Shown here: in pieces, positions 1 through 12,680 of the stretch | How positions within the stretch are numbered: position 1 is the first letter of the stretch | Layout of the letters: each line of letters starts with the position of its first letter | Assembly (NCBI GenBank): GCA_951406725.2 | Contig: OX597814.1 | Span: 98,828,001 to 98,892,000, forward strand | From: Octopus vulgaris | Lineage: Eukaryota | Direction of reading: 5' to 3' | Length of the DNA: 64,000 nucleotides | Made by a program: the position numbers and the translations under genes | The notes under the pieces: model-generated | What the model saw: only the letters and a program-made list of their open reading frames with translations | The model's database searches: none | Told to the model about the DNA's origin: nothing

Positions 1-1242
1 CACCTTATGTACTTCTCACAAAGCTGCAAGTCTTATTTTCATCTTACGATTCAACCAGTTATCAATTACTGTTTGTAGGTTAAATTAATTTGATTTAAAT
101 ATTCATTGGTTTTTTAAATGTGAATGTTGCAATAGATGTAAGTGTTCGGTACGTCTATATATGTGGATGTCTCATGTTTCGTATGGAGCGCAAATCCAAT
201 CCTATAAAGGCTTCTTATACGATTTAAATTTTATTTTCGCATATATATTGTAATGAATTTAAAATACCAGATTAAAAATATACAATATGATTATTGTTAG
301 TATTATTTAATTTCAGGTCAGTCCTCATCGAGCAGAACTATGTACAAAGCCTTTCTAACATTTTCTAAGGTGTCCTTTACTTTTTATTTTAATTGCTGTC
401 CTTGTGCCAAAATTTGAAATTAATATAGTAGAATGTGATTAGAGGAAAATTTAGCAGCTATTTTTAGCAGGTGGATCGACAAATTTCGATGGAAGTATTG
501 GAGAAACTCTTACACCCAGATAAAATTTTGTGCACCGGCAAGATTTGGTATGGATTCAAATGTGAAGTTATTTGCGGATGAAATCTACAAAAAGCATGGC
601 TGAAACCTTAAGACCAAAACAGTAATTCGATATAAGCTGTATTTCTATAAATTTGCAAAATTCATTATTTTTTCTAAACATGTAGGATACATCCCTGCAT
701 GTTCTTGTACATATTTGAAATTTGTCCACGGAAATAAATGATGCCTTTCTCTGTTTTCGCAGTGGTGTCAATTGGAAAATAGGCAGAGGTCGAAGATATA
801 TATATATTCTGACTTGCAGAACAAGATCAAGGACAAGAACAATTACAAAAACAATTACAACAGCAACTTTGTCAGAATATTGCCAAATCCTTAAATTATT
901 AATGAAGCATATAGTCTAATTATTACTTAAAGTATAAATGAGACCGAAACTATTCTTCTTGTTATCTCTCTCCACATTCCACAAACAACAAAAATCCTAT
1001 GTTCCGTTTCCGCCAAGTTGTTCACCTACAGTTGGCCACTGTCCCCTCTTCCAGACCTAGTATGTAAAAAAAAAAATCCCCCCCGCCAAAAAACCCCCCC
1101 AAAACCGGGAGCTCTAAATGAACACATTGATGTATAATTCTATTAAACTGTAGGGTGTTATTTAGGGAAACTGATCAACTATTTCTATCAGAGCGAGTGA
1201 TCTGGCGAAAGCTCCTTCGATGGCTTGCTAATATTTCTTACG

Positions 1243-1680
1243 AAGGCAGCGAGCTGGCAGAATCGTTAGTACACCCGGCAAGAATTTCGTCCATCTTTAC
1301 GCATTGAGTTCAAATGCCATCGAGGTCGTCTTTGTTTTTCTTCCTTTCAGGATCGATAAAATAGGTACCAATTGAGCACTGGGGTCTATCTAATCGACAT
1401 CTCCTCCTTCCAAAATGGCTGGCTTTTTGGCAATATGTGAAACCAATATATTTTTTCTCATGAAGGTGGCGAACTGGCAGAATCGTTTGCACACCGGGCA
1501 AAATACTTAGCGGCATTTTGTTCGTTTCTACGTCTTGAGTTCAGATTCTACCGAGGTCGACTTTGTCTTTCATGCTTTTGGGGGTGATAAAATAAATTCC
1601 AGTGGAGCACTGGGGTCGATGTAATTGACTTAGCCCTTTTCCCCAAACTGCTGGCCTTGTGCCAAAAAGTGGAAACCAAA
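1243..1680 (+). mobile_element. Two tandem copies of tRNA-headed SINE family A (about 1243-1448 and 1463-1680)
   Basis: Head AAGGCGGCGAGCTGGCAGAATCGTTAG, B-box-like GAGTTCAAAT, body GAGGTCGACTTTGCCTTTCATCCTTTCGGGGTCGATAAAATAAGTACCAG; the same sequence recurs about ten times in the window. Confidence 0.8.
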
Positions 1681-2264
1681 ATGTCTTCTCACGGAACAGC
1701 AACATACCTCCGAGTTTTTACATCATTGTAGACCATTTTAGCTATTTGACCGTCCTTTTACATGCTAAACAGCTTTAGCTAAAAGAGAAAAACAACCATC
1801 CATAGATTCGGTCAGAGACAGACCACAAATGATTCTCAGAAAAATCATAACCACCCTCCACAAAAAAAAAAACAAAGATTCAAAATAGAGTGGAAAAAAA
1901 AAACTAAATAAACTAACCAGCCAACCAACCAACCAACCAACCAACCAACCAACCAAACAAAAAAACAAATGTTCTTCTAGTTAGAACAATCCGTTGATCA
2001 GATGTGACTATGAAATGACTTAGCGCTGTTTAAGAAGCCCTCTTTACACAATAAACCAGATTGCCAAACTAAATCACCCTCTGATACACTCAGCAAAATA
2101 CTAAATACAAAAGGAATGTGTTCCACATGTTCAGTATAAACAATGGTGCCGTTGTAAGGCCACCCGGCTGTCACTTTTTAATTGCTCTATATATACATAG
2201 ACACATAAATATATAAATACATAAATACACAAACTTTCTGTGTCTCTGTCTCACAGTTACGTTC

Positions 2265-2335
<71 letters not shown>

Positions 2336-2611
2336 TGCAAACATATATACATATATGTGTGTGTGTATGTTTTTGTGCTTGTGTGTATGTGCGTGTATAT
2401 ATGTTTACATGTGTAGATGTATTCGTAAAGTTTGTGTAGGTGTATGCATGAGTTTGTGTAGTGTGTGTGTATACATATATTCACCTACATATATGGAACT
2501 ATGCAATAGTCATACAAAGCGCACGTATGTATATACATATATATGTATATACGTGCGCATGCGCACGTAGTGTCATATACATGTGCGCTTATTTGTACGT
2601 GTATGTGGGTC

Positions 2612-2690
<79 letters not shown>

Positions 2691-2933
2691 GTTTGACTGT
2701 CTCCACGTGTGCGTGTATATATATATATGTGTGTGTATGTATTTTGTGTGCTTATGCGTGCATTTGTCAGTAGTGTTTACGTGTATGCACACCTGCATTA
2801 GCCTGTCTTAGAAGTAAATGGGAAGTTGTAGAACTGGTAGAAAATTCAAACCACACATAAGGACACCCTCCTCGTTCTCCTCCACCTCCACCTCCTCTTC
2901 GCGGTCCTCGACATCGTCATCATTAAGAACCAC

Positions 2934-4000
2934 ATTCCGCTGAGGTCGACTTTGCCTTTCATTCTTTCGGGATCGATGAAATAAAATACCAGCTGAGCCC
3001 TAGGGATCAATGTAATCGACTAGCCCCCAAATTTCAGGCCTTGTGTCTATAATAGAAAGGATTATTAGGAATCACAATACAATCACCATAAGATGATTTT
3101 AGTTGGGAAGATATTATTAATAGAATCGACATTAGCATATCGTTGACACCCATTTCTTTTTTTCTTCATTTTTCGGAAGTGAAACAATAAAAGACAACGT
3201 ATTTAAGATATTTACCTATATTCTGTAATGTATTTAGTGCAGCATTTGAACGATAAATTGGTGCATTCGAACAATATAATAACTTGCGGTATCTAATCTA
3301 CTCGAGTTGCCCAAAGAGTTCTTGTCACTCTTGCCATAACATATGCATTAAACTAGTAGTTGGCCTGTCCGAGATCTGTATGCAATGATAGTAGTGTTCA
3401 CAAAAAGCTTGATTAAAGAGAATTAAACAGATGAAATGTTGGCCTAGTCTGATACAGCAGGAACTCTAAATAATGGTTTCAAATTTTGGCACAAGACCAG
3501 CAGTTTCGGAGGATGGGGGAAGACGATTACATCAGCAACAGTGTTTAACTTGTACATTTTTTATCGACTCCCAAAGTATGAAAAGCAAAGTCAATCGCGG
3601 CGGAATTTGAACTCAGACCCTAAAAACGGGCAAAATGCCGCTAAACATTTTGCCTTTCAACCTTCTAGGATCAGTACATGTGATAGCAATCAATTATTGG
3701 ATTGATACAATCAGCTATAGCCCCTCTCCAAATGTATGTCTTTGTGTTCATGTACCTATGTTAATAATTATTATTTCATCATACATTAGGCGATGAGCTG
3801 GCAGAATTGCTGGCACACTAGACAAGATGTTATGCAGTATTTCTTCGGGCTTATGTACCGAGTTCAAATGGCACCGAAATCGACTTTGCTTTTCATCCTT
3901 TCAGAGTCGATAAAATAAGTACCAGTTGAGCACGGGGTCGATGAAATCGACTAGCCCACTTCGCACCAAAATTTCAGGCCTTGTACCTATAATAGAAAAA
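2934..4000. mobile_element. Cluster of SINE family A copies: about 2934-3067 (+, 5'-truncated), 3475-3655 (-), 3788-4000 (+)
   Basis: Shared GAGGTCGACTTTGC...TCGATAAAATAA...AATCGACTAGCCC...AATTTCAGGCCTTGT body in both orientations. Confidence 0.75.
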
Positions 4001-4689
4001 AATATTAAATCATATATTTGTGCAATAAATGAACAGAATCGTTAAACTGCGAGGCAAAATATCTTGCAGTATTTCTGCGGGTCCCTTATGTTTGCAGCTC
4101 AAATCCCATTTAGGCCACCTTTCCTCTTCATTTCTCACTGGTCCCGGTGGTATCGACTTTCTACTCCCTTTTAAAATTGCTCACTTGTGCTTAAATGAGG
4201 AACAATTATTTCATCATGTAATATGGTGAGTCTGTCAAACTGACATGTTAAAATATGATATGAATCTCGCTGTTCATTGCACTCTTATCTCCTGATGGAG
4301 TTTTAGGGATACTGTCGACAGAGGCAATTCTGGAAGGGTGGCCTTCTGACTAGAATAACTAGTCAGTGTAGGGCAAAGGGCGAAACGGACGCAGTGTAGA
4401 TGACAGGAAACAGAAGATTAGTGAATCGGGTGAGCTTCATTAGAGATAGAAGCTTACCCGATTCCAGTTGCGAGGATCCGAACAAAAGGCTTAAAGTGCA
4501 TTTGATCGCTTCTTGCGTGTTTATGGTGGTTGAGAATTATTAGGTAGTTTAAATAGGGAAAGTATGATATGTCTGCCTTTCAGAAGATTAATTGTTAAAG
4601 TTTGGTTCTTTAAACCAAAACGAAAATCAAATCAGAAATTATTGACTTTTTCTGTTTGCCTGCACGTGTGGAAATTTTAAATTTTGGTT

Positions 4690-5300
4690 AAAATTTTAAA
4701 GTTTGGTGTATTGATGTAATTTTTCATGCTGAATCTCAGGAGATAATTCACTTTTTCCAGAATTAAAGAGAAAAAAAGTTACAAAGTATTAAATTTTGAT
4801 CATTTTTACCCAGTCAGAAAACAGAATTTGGAAGCTGACATTTTGTTCGTGACTGAAAGTGTTATCAACTGTAAACATGAACTATTGGCGGGAATCTACT
4901 TTACGCACGCCATATAACTCATCATAACTTTTTTTATTCTTTGGAATTTTTAGAAACATTTTGCGAATTTATATTCTACACGTGAGAATTTATACGATTT
5001 TGCTAAAAAATTTTGATGCGTGATGTAAGGCCTATTTAGCTATAACTTTTAGCACATCTTACGTCCAACCTCATGTATTTTAATCTTTTAATAAGCGAAA
5101 AAGGACCACGTAGGCAAGCAGCTTGGTAATAGCTTGGCTTGTAACCATGAAAAGTATGTCTGTGGCTTTTGATTGGCTAAAATTATCCAAAATTTGCAAA
5201 CTTTAAAAGCTATTAACTCTTTCTTGATTTATTGTGAAAATGAATTTCAAGTCAATGGTTACCATACAAAACTACACCTATACACCAAATATGAAATCAA
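4690..5300. mobile_element. Degenerate MITE-like element with diverged internal inverted repeats
   Basis: About 4695-4820 (TTTGGTGTATTGATGTAATTTTTCATG...AAATTTTGATCATTTTTACCCAGTCAG) is a diverged reverse complement of about 5170-5297 (TTGATTGGCTAAAATTATCCAAAATTTG...AAAACTACACCTATACACCAAA). Confidence 0.4.
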
Positions 5301-5389
5301 TAGGAACAAAAATTTAAGAAATTAACCAGTGGCGGCTAAATAAAAGATCTGGAATTATCTCCAAACTATAATGTGTATTCGACTGCTCA

Positions 5390-5612
5390 AAATAATCCTT
5401 TCTATTATATCCACGAGGCCTGAAATTTTGGGGAAGGAGGCTAGTCTATTACCTCGATTCCAGTTCTCGACTTGTACTTACTTTATCGACTTCGAAAGGA
5501 TGAAAGGCAAAGTCAACCTCTGCAGAATTTGAACTCAGATCGTAAAGCCGAAAGAAATGCCGCTAAGTATATAGTCAGAGGCTTAAATGATTCAATCAGC
5601 TCGTCGTCTTTC
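5390..5612 (-). mobile_element. SINE family A copy
   Basis: Reverse complement of the family A body: TTATCGACTTCGAAAGGATGAAAGGCAAAGTCAACCTCTGCAGAATTTGAACTCAG. Confidence 0.75.
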
Positions 5613-6027
5613 GACTGCCTAAAAGAATAATAATTAGTTGTGGTCAGACCTGGAGTGGGATACCTTCGCCAGGAACAACATAAGTGCTGGAGTAATTAGA
5701 TTAATTTTCCTTAATTTCGTAGTTAGTAATGATATTCATATCTTTCCAATGTTGAGATATACATTCCTGGCCATGAAGCGGTCCTGTTTGGAGTTAACAC
5801 CTCTCCCTCAAGATCTCTACTGTAGTGTTTGGTCCAGGAGATTTCCTATTATTTTTATCTTTTGAAGACAGCAATAAGTTCAGAAGTTTGTAGTTGGCTC
5901 ATGAAATTTTTGGAAGACCTGCATTGCAAAAAGTTCGATCATTTCTGCTAGATCGATTGGTTTATGTTTGTCTGGGTGGTAGGTACACACACATACACAA
6001 ACACACACACACAACACACATACATAC

Positions 6028-6081
<54 letters not shown>

Positions 6082-6129
6082 AAATACATTTTGTGAGTGA
6101 AGTTATTAAAGAAATCATAAAATTCTCTA

Positions 6130-6330
6130 GAATTTTGGTATAAGACCAGCGTTTTTAGGGGACGGCGGTTAATCAATTACGTCAACTCTAGTACTCAACT
6201 GGCGCTACATATTATCGACCTCGAAAGAATGGAAGTCAAAATCGATCTTAGCGGAATTTGAACGCAGAGAATTGGAAGAAATGACGCTAAGCGTTTTATC
6301 CGACGTGCTAATGATTCTGCCATTCGTAGT
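6130..6330 (-). mobile_element. SINE family A copy (degenerate)
   Basis: TTATCGACCTCGAAAGAATGGAAGTCAAAATCGATC...GGAATTTGAACGCAGA...GCTAATGATTCTGCCA. Confidence 0.7.
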
Positions 6331-7414
6331 CTTAAGTTATGAAATAATAGATAAATGGAAAAATGCCAAAAATAAAAAAAAGACAAAAAAAAATCTTGTC
6401 AAAATTAAACAATGTAGCGAATGGAACTTTTATTTACCATTCTAGAAGTATGATTACTTTTAATTGGTGAAAATTTCTTACCCAGTTCTGAATTACGGAT
6501 TGCAGGTTCAATTCTCTAGGCGCCGCTCTGATATCTACAGAATACATTCCACACCCAAAACCTGGAATTTTACCAGAGATGCTTTTGTTTAACTTCAAAT
6601 ATATTTCACATCATATTGTTACTAGTCATGATATAGTTGTTATTGTTATTGTTGTCGTTAGATCTTTGCAGCTGTTTGTCGTTGCTTTTTTCTTTTATTA
6701 TATCATTAATGGTGTTGTCGTTGCTATTTCTGTTTGCAATTGCTACCGTTATTCAACTGATTATATTTGCTTAAATTGTATTTCTTTGTTTAACAGTAAA
6801 TGTCTCTAATATTGTTTTAAATGCAAATATCTGTATTTTATTCACAAGAATTGTTTTGTTTCCATTTTCTCTCTCATCTCTTTTTCTCTCTCTCCCTCCT
6901 CCACTCTCTCTCTCCACTTCTCTCTCATATCTCCTTTTGGGTAAATTTCATTTTAAAATGTCAATTCTCTTTTCGTAAATTTCTTACCTAAAATGTCCAC
7001 TGGGGTTCATTTGATATGTACTCGGAACATAGAAGACGAAAATTTCCAATCCGCTCCGGGTATTTTCTGAACTGTAGTAATTTACTCTCAGTATCCATCT
7101 TCCGTTGCCTTGTTTCTAGTATCAAGAGACTTTAGATAGCAGTTAGGTTATCCCTATATTAATTTACTAGCTGTGTCACAACGAAACTTCTTTCCCTGGG
7201 TATTTTTGATTATATATATGTTTCTTTGTTATTGCAGTTAAATGCTTTACTTATATTATTGCTGTTTCAGTTGTTTATGTTGTTATAGTTGAAATTAATA
7301 TATATATTTGTTAAAGATTGTTTTGCTTTAATATATATTCTCTATTTATTATTCAATCTATATCTCTCCAATGCGTTATCTCAACATCTCTCTCTCTCCC
7401 TTCTATTCTTTCAT

Positions 7415-7481
<67 letters not shown>

Positions 7482-8045
7482 CGAAGAATGTAAACAAGCA
7501 TATGTTTGCATTAGAAGCGCTGAAATGTGTATTGTGAGATACAAATATATAAGAACTGGGTAAAATATACATATATATATAAGTATATGTATTTATATGC
7601 ATGCATGCATGTATGCATGCATGCATGTATGCATGCATGCATGCATGTATGTATGTATGTATGTATGTATGTATTCATGGGCATATGTATGTATATATAT
7701 ATATATATATTAGCCATACATACACCTATGCACACGCATAGACACATTTACACACACACATGGACACACACACATACGCACATATACACAAGCACAAGCA
7801 TATGCACTTACGTGTTTGAATGTGTTCTTTTTTCCACGTTTTTCTCAATGATTGATTCGTTTTACATAACAAAGCAATTTCTGCTTTCAAAGAGAAACCG
7901 AATGTATGTGTGTGTGTGTGAGTGTGTGTAAGAGGGAGAGAAAGAGAAAGAGAGGATGAAAGAGAGAGAAAGAGAGACAAATGAAACATTACCGCAATTT
8001 ACCTGGAGACAAATAACCAAACTAGAAAAAGGTGACAATATTTCG

Positions 8046-8124
<79 letters not shown>

Positions 8125-8272
8125 GTAGAGATACTTATGTACATTCCCTTGTACATCAATGCTGCTTATTATGCTGGAGGTAGAGATTCTTGGAAGACGA
8201 TGAAATCGTTGTGATCTACGCTCGACAGCTGACGAAACTCCCTCAGTGCAAACTCTATGTAAAACAGAGTAT

Positions 8273-8315
<43 letters not shown>

Positions 8316-8424
8316 CATACATATATATAGGCATATGCATGCATATATACACACACACACACCCAAGCAGACAGACAGACAGACAGACAGACACACACAC
8401 ACATATCTAGAGAGAATTAACAAC

Positions 8425-8600
8425 AAAAAAACAACAAAAGACGAAGTCAGGTGGTGTGGACAACAAACATATGTATTAGTTTAACGCTCCGGAAGTGAAA
8501 AAGTCTTTAACGTTTCGAGCCTACGCTCTTCCACAGAAAGGATCACAGAAAGAAACAGGGAGAGAAAATAAAGAATGTGTAGTGGCTTGTGATCTATCAA
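8425..8600 (-). mobile_element. Penelope-like terminal-repeat fragment (family E) carrying a variant minimal hammerhead at 8504-8541
   Basis: Minus strand reads CTTT-CTGTGGA-A-GAGC gtag GCTC-GAAA-CG-TT-AAAG. The same ~170-nt repeat occurs at about 30165, 30385 and 38935. Confidence 0.6.
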
Positions 8601-8604
8601 GGAG

Positions 8605-9775
8605 CAGGTCATCCCATAAGTTCTGTCCGAATTTTGAATAAAGAAAACAAGTGATCAAATGTTATATTTAATTGAAATGTAATCATCAATGTACTTTCCC
8701 TGATTATCTATGACTTCCTTCCATCTATTTACAAGCTTTTTAATCCCACCAATGTAAAACTCTTTTGGTTTCAAAGTGAAGAACTCTGAAATGCTTGTTT
8801 CTCTCAACCAAGCTCTTCGATCTTCTGTGATGTGATCTTTGCAATGTGGGGTCGTGCATTGTCTGGTGAAACATTACTCCTTTTCAGTTCACTAAGGCGG
8901 GTCTTTTTTCTTTAAAGCTTGGTTCAAACGCTCTAATTGCTGACAGTAGACTTGAGCATTGATTGTTGCATTAGGCGGTAACAATTCAAAGTGAATTACT
9001 CCTTTGCAATCCCACCAGATAGAGAGAAGAACCTTTTTCCCATGAAGTTCCCTTCTCGGTTGTGGTTGAGCTTTTCTCCTTTTACCAAGCCACTGTTTAC
9101 GACGTTTAACATTTCGATAGAAGATTCATTTCTCGTCTCCAGTCACATGTCTATCCAAAAAGGGTGAAATGAGTTCGCGAAAATGGAGAGAACAGATGTC
9201 AACTCGGGATTTGCGGTTGCTTTCGGACAATTCATGAGACACCCATTTTTCAAGTTTAGGAACCTTTCCAAGTTGTTAAAGATTGCGATGAACAGTTGTA
9301 TGGTTTGAACAAAGCTTTATTGACAATTCTTCAACTGATAATGCAGGCTTTTCTTCAAGTAATGCCACAAGGAGCTTATCCTCAAACTCAATTGGACGTC
9401 CTGTTCGATCTTCATATTCAAGGCTGAAATCTCCACTTCTGAATTTTGCAAACCATCTTCTGCAAGTTCCTTCATTCAAGCATTCTTTCCCATAAACTGA
9501 GTGTATGTTTCGAGTCGCTTCGGCTACAGAGTTTCCTTTTTTTGTACTCATAAAGCATTATGTGCCTCAAATGCTCTTTGGATACCTCCATGTTAGAAAG
9601 GGTTTTAATGAATGAAATTTTAATTCTATTATTCTGTAAAATAATACTTAATTAATTTAAATGTACACAAATGCATAAAAATAATTTTTAAATTCCATTA
9701 GACATTCTAAAATACTATTAAATTTCATTCAATTTAAAAAAAGGTAAAATCAGACAGAGCTTATGGGATGATCTG
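8605..9775 (-). mobile_element. Mariner (DD34D, Mos1/Hsmar-type) transposon with decayed transposase
   Basis: TIRs CAGGTCATCCCATAAGTTCTGTCCGAATTT and AAATCAGACAGAGCTTATGGGATGATCTG. Minus-strand reading from ATG at 9591: MEVSKEHLRHIMLYEYKK/GNSVAEATRNIHSVYG...RRWFAKFRSGDFSLE..RTGRP, then VTGDEK. Frameshifts, stops and an apparent loss of the YSPDLAP region. Confidence 0.92.
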
Positions 9776-9781
9776 ATATAT

Positions 9782-10205
9782 ACAGGAGGAATTACAACCG
9801 TGTTTCGTGGTCTGCTACCACAACAGCTCCTTTATAGGATCCAGTTAGCTCAAGACATCATCAGGAGGAACCACGTCCGGTTTCGGCCCCTACTCCTATA
9901 CCGTTTTCACGTGGCGAGGCCCCCCTTTCGGAGGTGTCATCAGCTCTGGTGTTGGGTGCATGTCTTCTTTCTTCTTCTTTCTTCTGTTCCCTGGCCACTT
10001 CCATGTATCGTCAGCGATGTCAGCCGGTGACTGACTGTCTTGTCAAATTTCTCTCTTTAAATACCTGCCGCATAGGCTCCAGCAGGCAGCCCCAGCAAGT
10101 TGTCACGTGACACTCTCACCTTAACTGACTAGTGAAGGCGCGTAGTTTTAGCCCGCGCTTTTTCTAAACGACCGTCACCTGTCAGCAGGCAGCCCCAGCA
10201 AGTTA
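9782..10205 (-). mobile_element. GC-richer LTR/pLTR-like segment with a degenerate hammerhead (9793-9870)
   Basis: 22-nt direct repeat CAGCAGGCAGCCCCAGCAAGTT (10080-10101, 10183-10204). The minus strand has a TATTTAAA box, then CTGATGA...GAAACA cggt TGTA. Confidence 0.4.
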
Positions 10206-10233
10206 TATATACGTATATCTTTGATTACTTGAA

Positions 10234-10264
<31 letters not shown>

Positions 10265-10573
10265 CATCTCTTATATTATTTATTTATTTATTTATGATTT
10301 GGCTGTATATGTGGCTATGTATGTGTGTATGTGTGTGGGTGTATGTGTGTGTGTATACATATAACTATGTATGTATGTGCGCACGATCTGTGGATGTGCG
10401 TGTGCGTATGTGCGTTTCTTGGCTAACTAACCGTAAAATTTCCATTGTGATTCAAATTTAAAACTATAAGCCAATCGAATCTATCTAGGAAAATCAATAT
10501 CAAGCGGACAGATGAATTCGACTTATTGAGTATATATGTGGATGTCCGCTTGCTTTACATGGTACAATCATGG

Positions 10574-10577
<4 letters not shown>

Positions 10578-10658
<81 letters not shown>

Positions 10659-10660
10659 CA
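10578..10660 (+). repeat. (TTA)n microsatellite
   Basis: Direct reading; it produces the poly-Leu ORF 10526-10726. Confidence 0.95.
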
Positions 10661-10964
10661 TTAATATTAATATTAATTTTATTGACTTTTTGTGTGGTTA
10701 TACATTTTAATGAACTGGACTGTTAAATATATATGTCTGCTTTAAATTTAAATGTGAGTGTACATGTATTTCCTTGATGTTGGTTATAGAACTATGAGTT
10801 CAATATGGAAAATAATTGTGTTTATTAATGTATACTGATATATTTTGTTTATATTGTATTAATGTGTATATATATATATGTGTAGAATTATGAGTGTCTA
10901 TGCACACATTTTTATATTTTTTATTTTTATATTTATATGTAAATTTTTTTCATACTTACATTAA

Positions 10965-11078
10965 ATTCTCTGAAGAGGCCGTGAGACATTCTTGTTAATG
11001 TCTCATTTATACCTGCTTTATATGGCTAATAGGTTAAATGGGACATACCTGTCTTCACGGCCGAAACAGCTGTCAGCT
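10965..11078 (+). ncRNA. Type-I hammerhead ribozyme motif with a long branched stem II (PLE pLTR-type)
   Basis: CTGAAGA (10970-76); stem II GGCCGTGA(GACA)/(TGTCT)TCACGGCC; GAAA (11063-66); palindromic stem III ACAGCTGT; GUC triplet ending at 11074; stem I is weak (CT/AG). Confidence 0.75.
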
Positions 11079-11236
11079 ACGATGTAATTGTATTTTCTAT
11101 TTCTATTTCTATGTCTAGTTATATTTGCAATATATTATGTATAATGTCATTGCTGTTGTGTAATGGTTTAATAAAGTATTGATTGGGTATTATCTGATGG
11201 TTGATGATTGATTTTGGTATGTTTCTCCATTTTCTC

Positions 11237-11321
<85 letters not shown>

Positions 11322-11354
11322 GTGTGTGTGTATGTATGTATGTATGTATGTATG

Positions 11355-11470
<116 letters not shown>

Positions 11471-11659
11471 CATTTTGCAAAAAACTGGCACATGCAAGTG
11501 CTGCCAGTCGAAAGCTCCGCATACCGGAAGCCAGCAAATGGATGGGGTCATCAGGAAAGAATACACGTCATTTCAGGGTGCGATGGGTAAATTGTTGCTA
11601 TTTTATATTTTTATTTTCGCGGATGCGTATTGTTTGTTTTTGATTTTGTCGACATACAC

Positions 11660-12390
11660 AGTATAGTAGGGTCAGTTGGGCACCGTTTGTGAGAAAAACC
11701 GCACCATGATGCAATTCACTCTGCCAGAAATTTGAAAACGACATGCTGTACCGCTTGGCATCGCGCCAGAAGTTCCAATACGCACATTTCAGAGTGTTTG
11801 GGTGTCAATCTGCGGACAGTGCAATCTGAGGACATGTACCGAGAGTGATAAAAATCAAACATCCAGTGAACATCATGGTATTAGGAATGATCACTAGTGA
11901 TGCTTCCATTCATCTTCCCACACAGCCTCAGACTCAACATGGAGGCGTACGTTAAGTGCCTGGAGGAGGTAGTGCTGCCCTGGGTGAAGAGGGTGGAAGA
12001 CCCTATGTCTGACAACAGGACTCTGCACCATGCCACACAAGCAGGAGAACTCTGTCATAGCTGTCAGGCAAGTTCTGCGACTACATCACCCCAAACATCT
12101 GACCACCTAACTCCCTATCCTGCAAACTCCTTGATTATTATGTGTGGGGCGCAATTGAGCGGGAGACCAACAAAACTCCTTGTAACACCAAAGATGAACT
12201 GAAGGCAAGGATTATGGCAGCATTCACCAACTTAAACAAGGAGACCACCCAGAAGAGTTGCAGGAGTTTCAGAAGTCGTCTGGAGGCCGTGACTGGAGCC
12301 AATGGTGATTTTGTTGAATATATTTACTCCTTAGTGTTTCAAGATATTTTAATGTAATTTTGGTAAATATATCTGTTAAAATGAGATATC
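11660..12390 (+). mobile_element. Internally deleted maT-like (DD37D) Tc1/mariner-superfamily relic
   Basis: Frameshifted peptides MLPFIFPHSLRLNMEAYVKCLEEVVLPWVKR, QQDSAPCHTS, PPNS...LDYYVWGAIERETNKTPCNTKDELKARIMAAF. Confidence 0.8.
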
Positions 12391-12542
12391 GACGCTGAAT
12401 TGCGTCAAGGATGGAAGGGGCAAGAGTGTGTCTGTTTGTTCATAACTGTATGGACACTTTTAACAATTATCGAAAGTACGGTACATGAAGTATGTTACGA
12501 TGTCATACGCGCTTGCGGCTATGAAAGTTGTGTGTGTGCGTG

Positions 12543-12574
<32 letters not shown>

Positions 12575-12680
12575 TGTATGTATGTATGTATGTATTTATG
12601 TATGTATGTATGTATGTATTTATGTATGTATGTATGTATGTATGTATGTATGTATGTATGTATGTATGTATGTATATATG

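Noticed and set aside
9915-9948. Minus-strand CTGATGA-CACCTCC-GAAA-GGGGGCCTC
   Set aside because: No stem II closure and no stem I pairing; likely chance.
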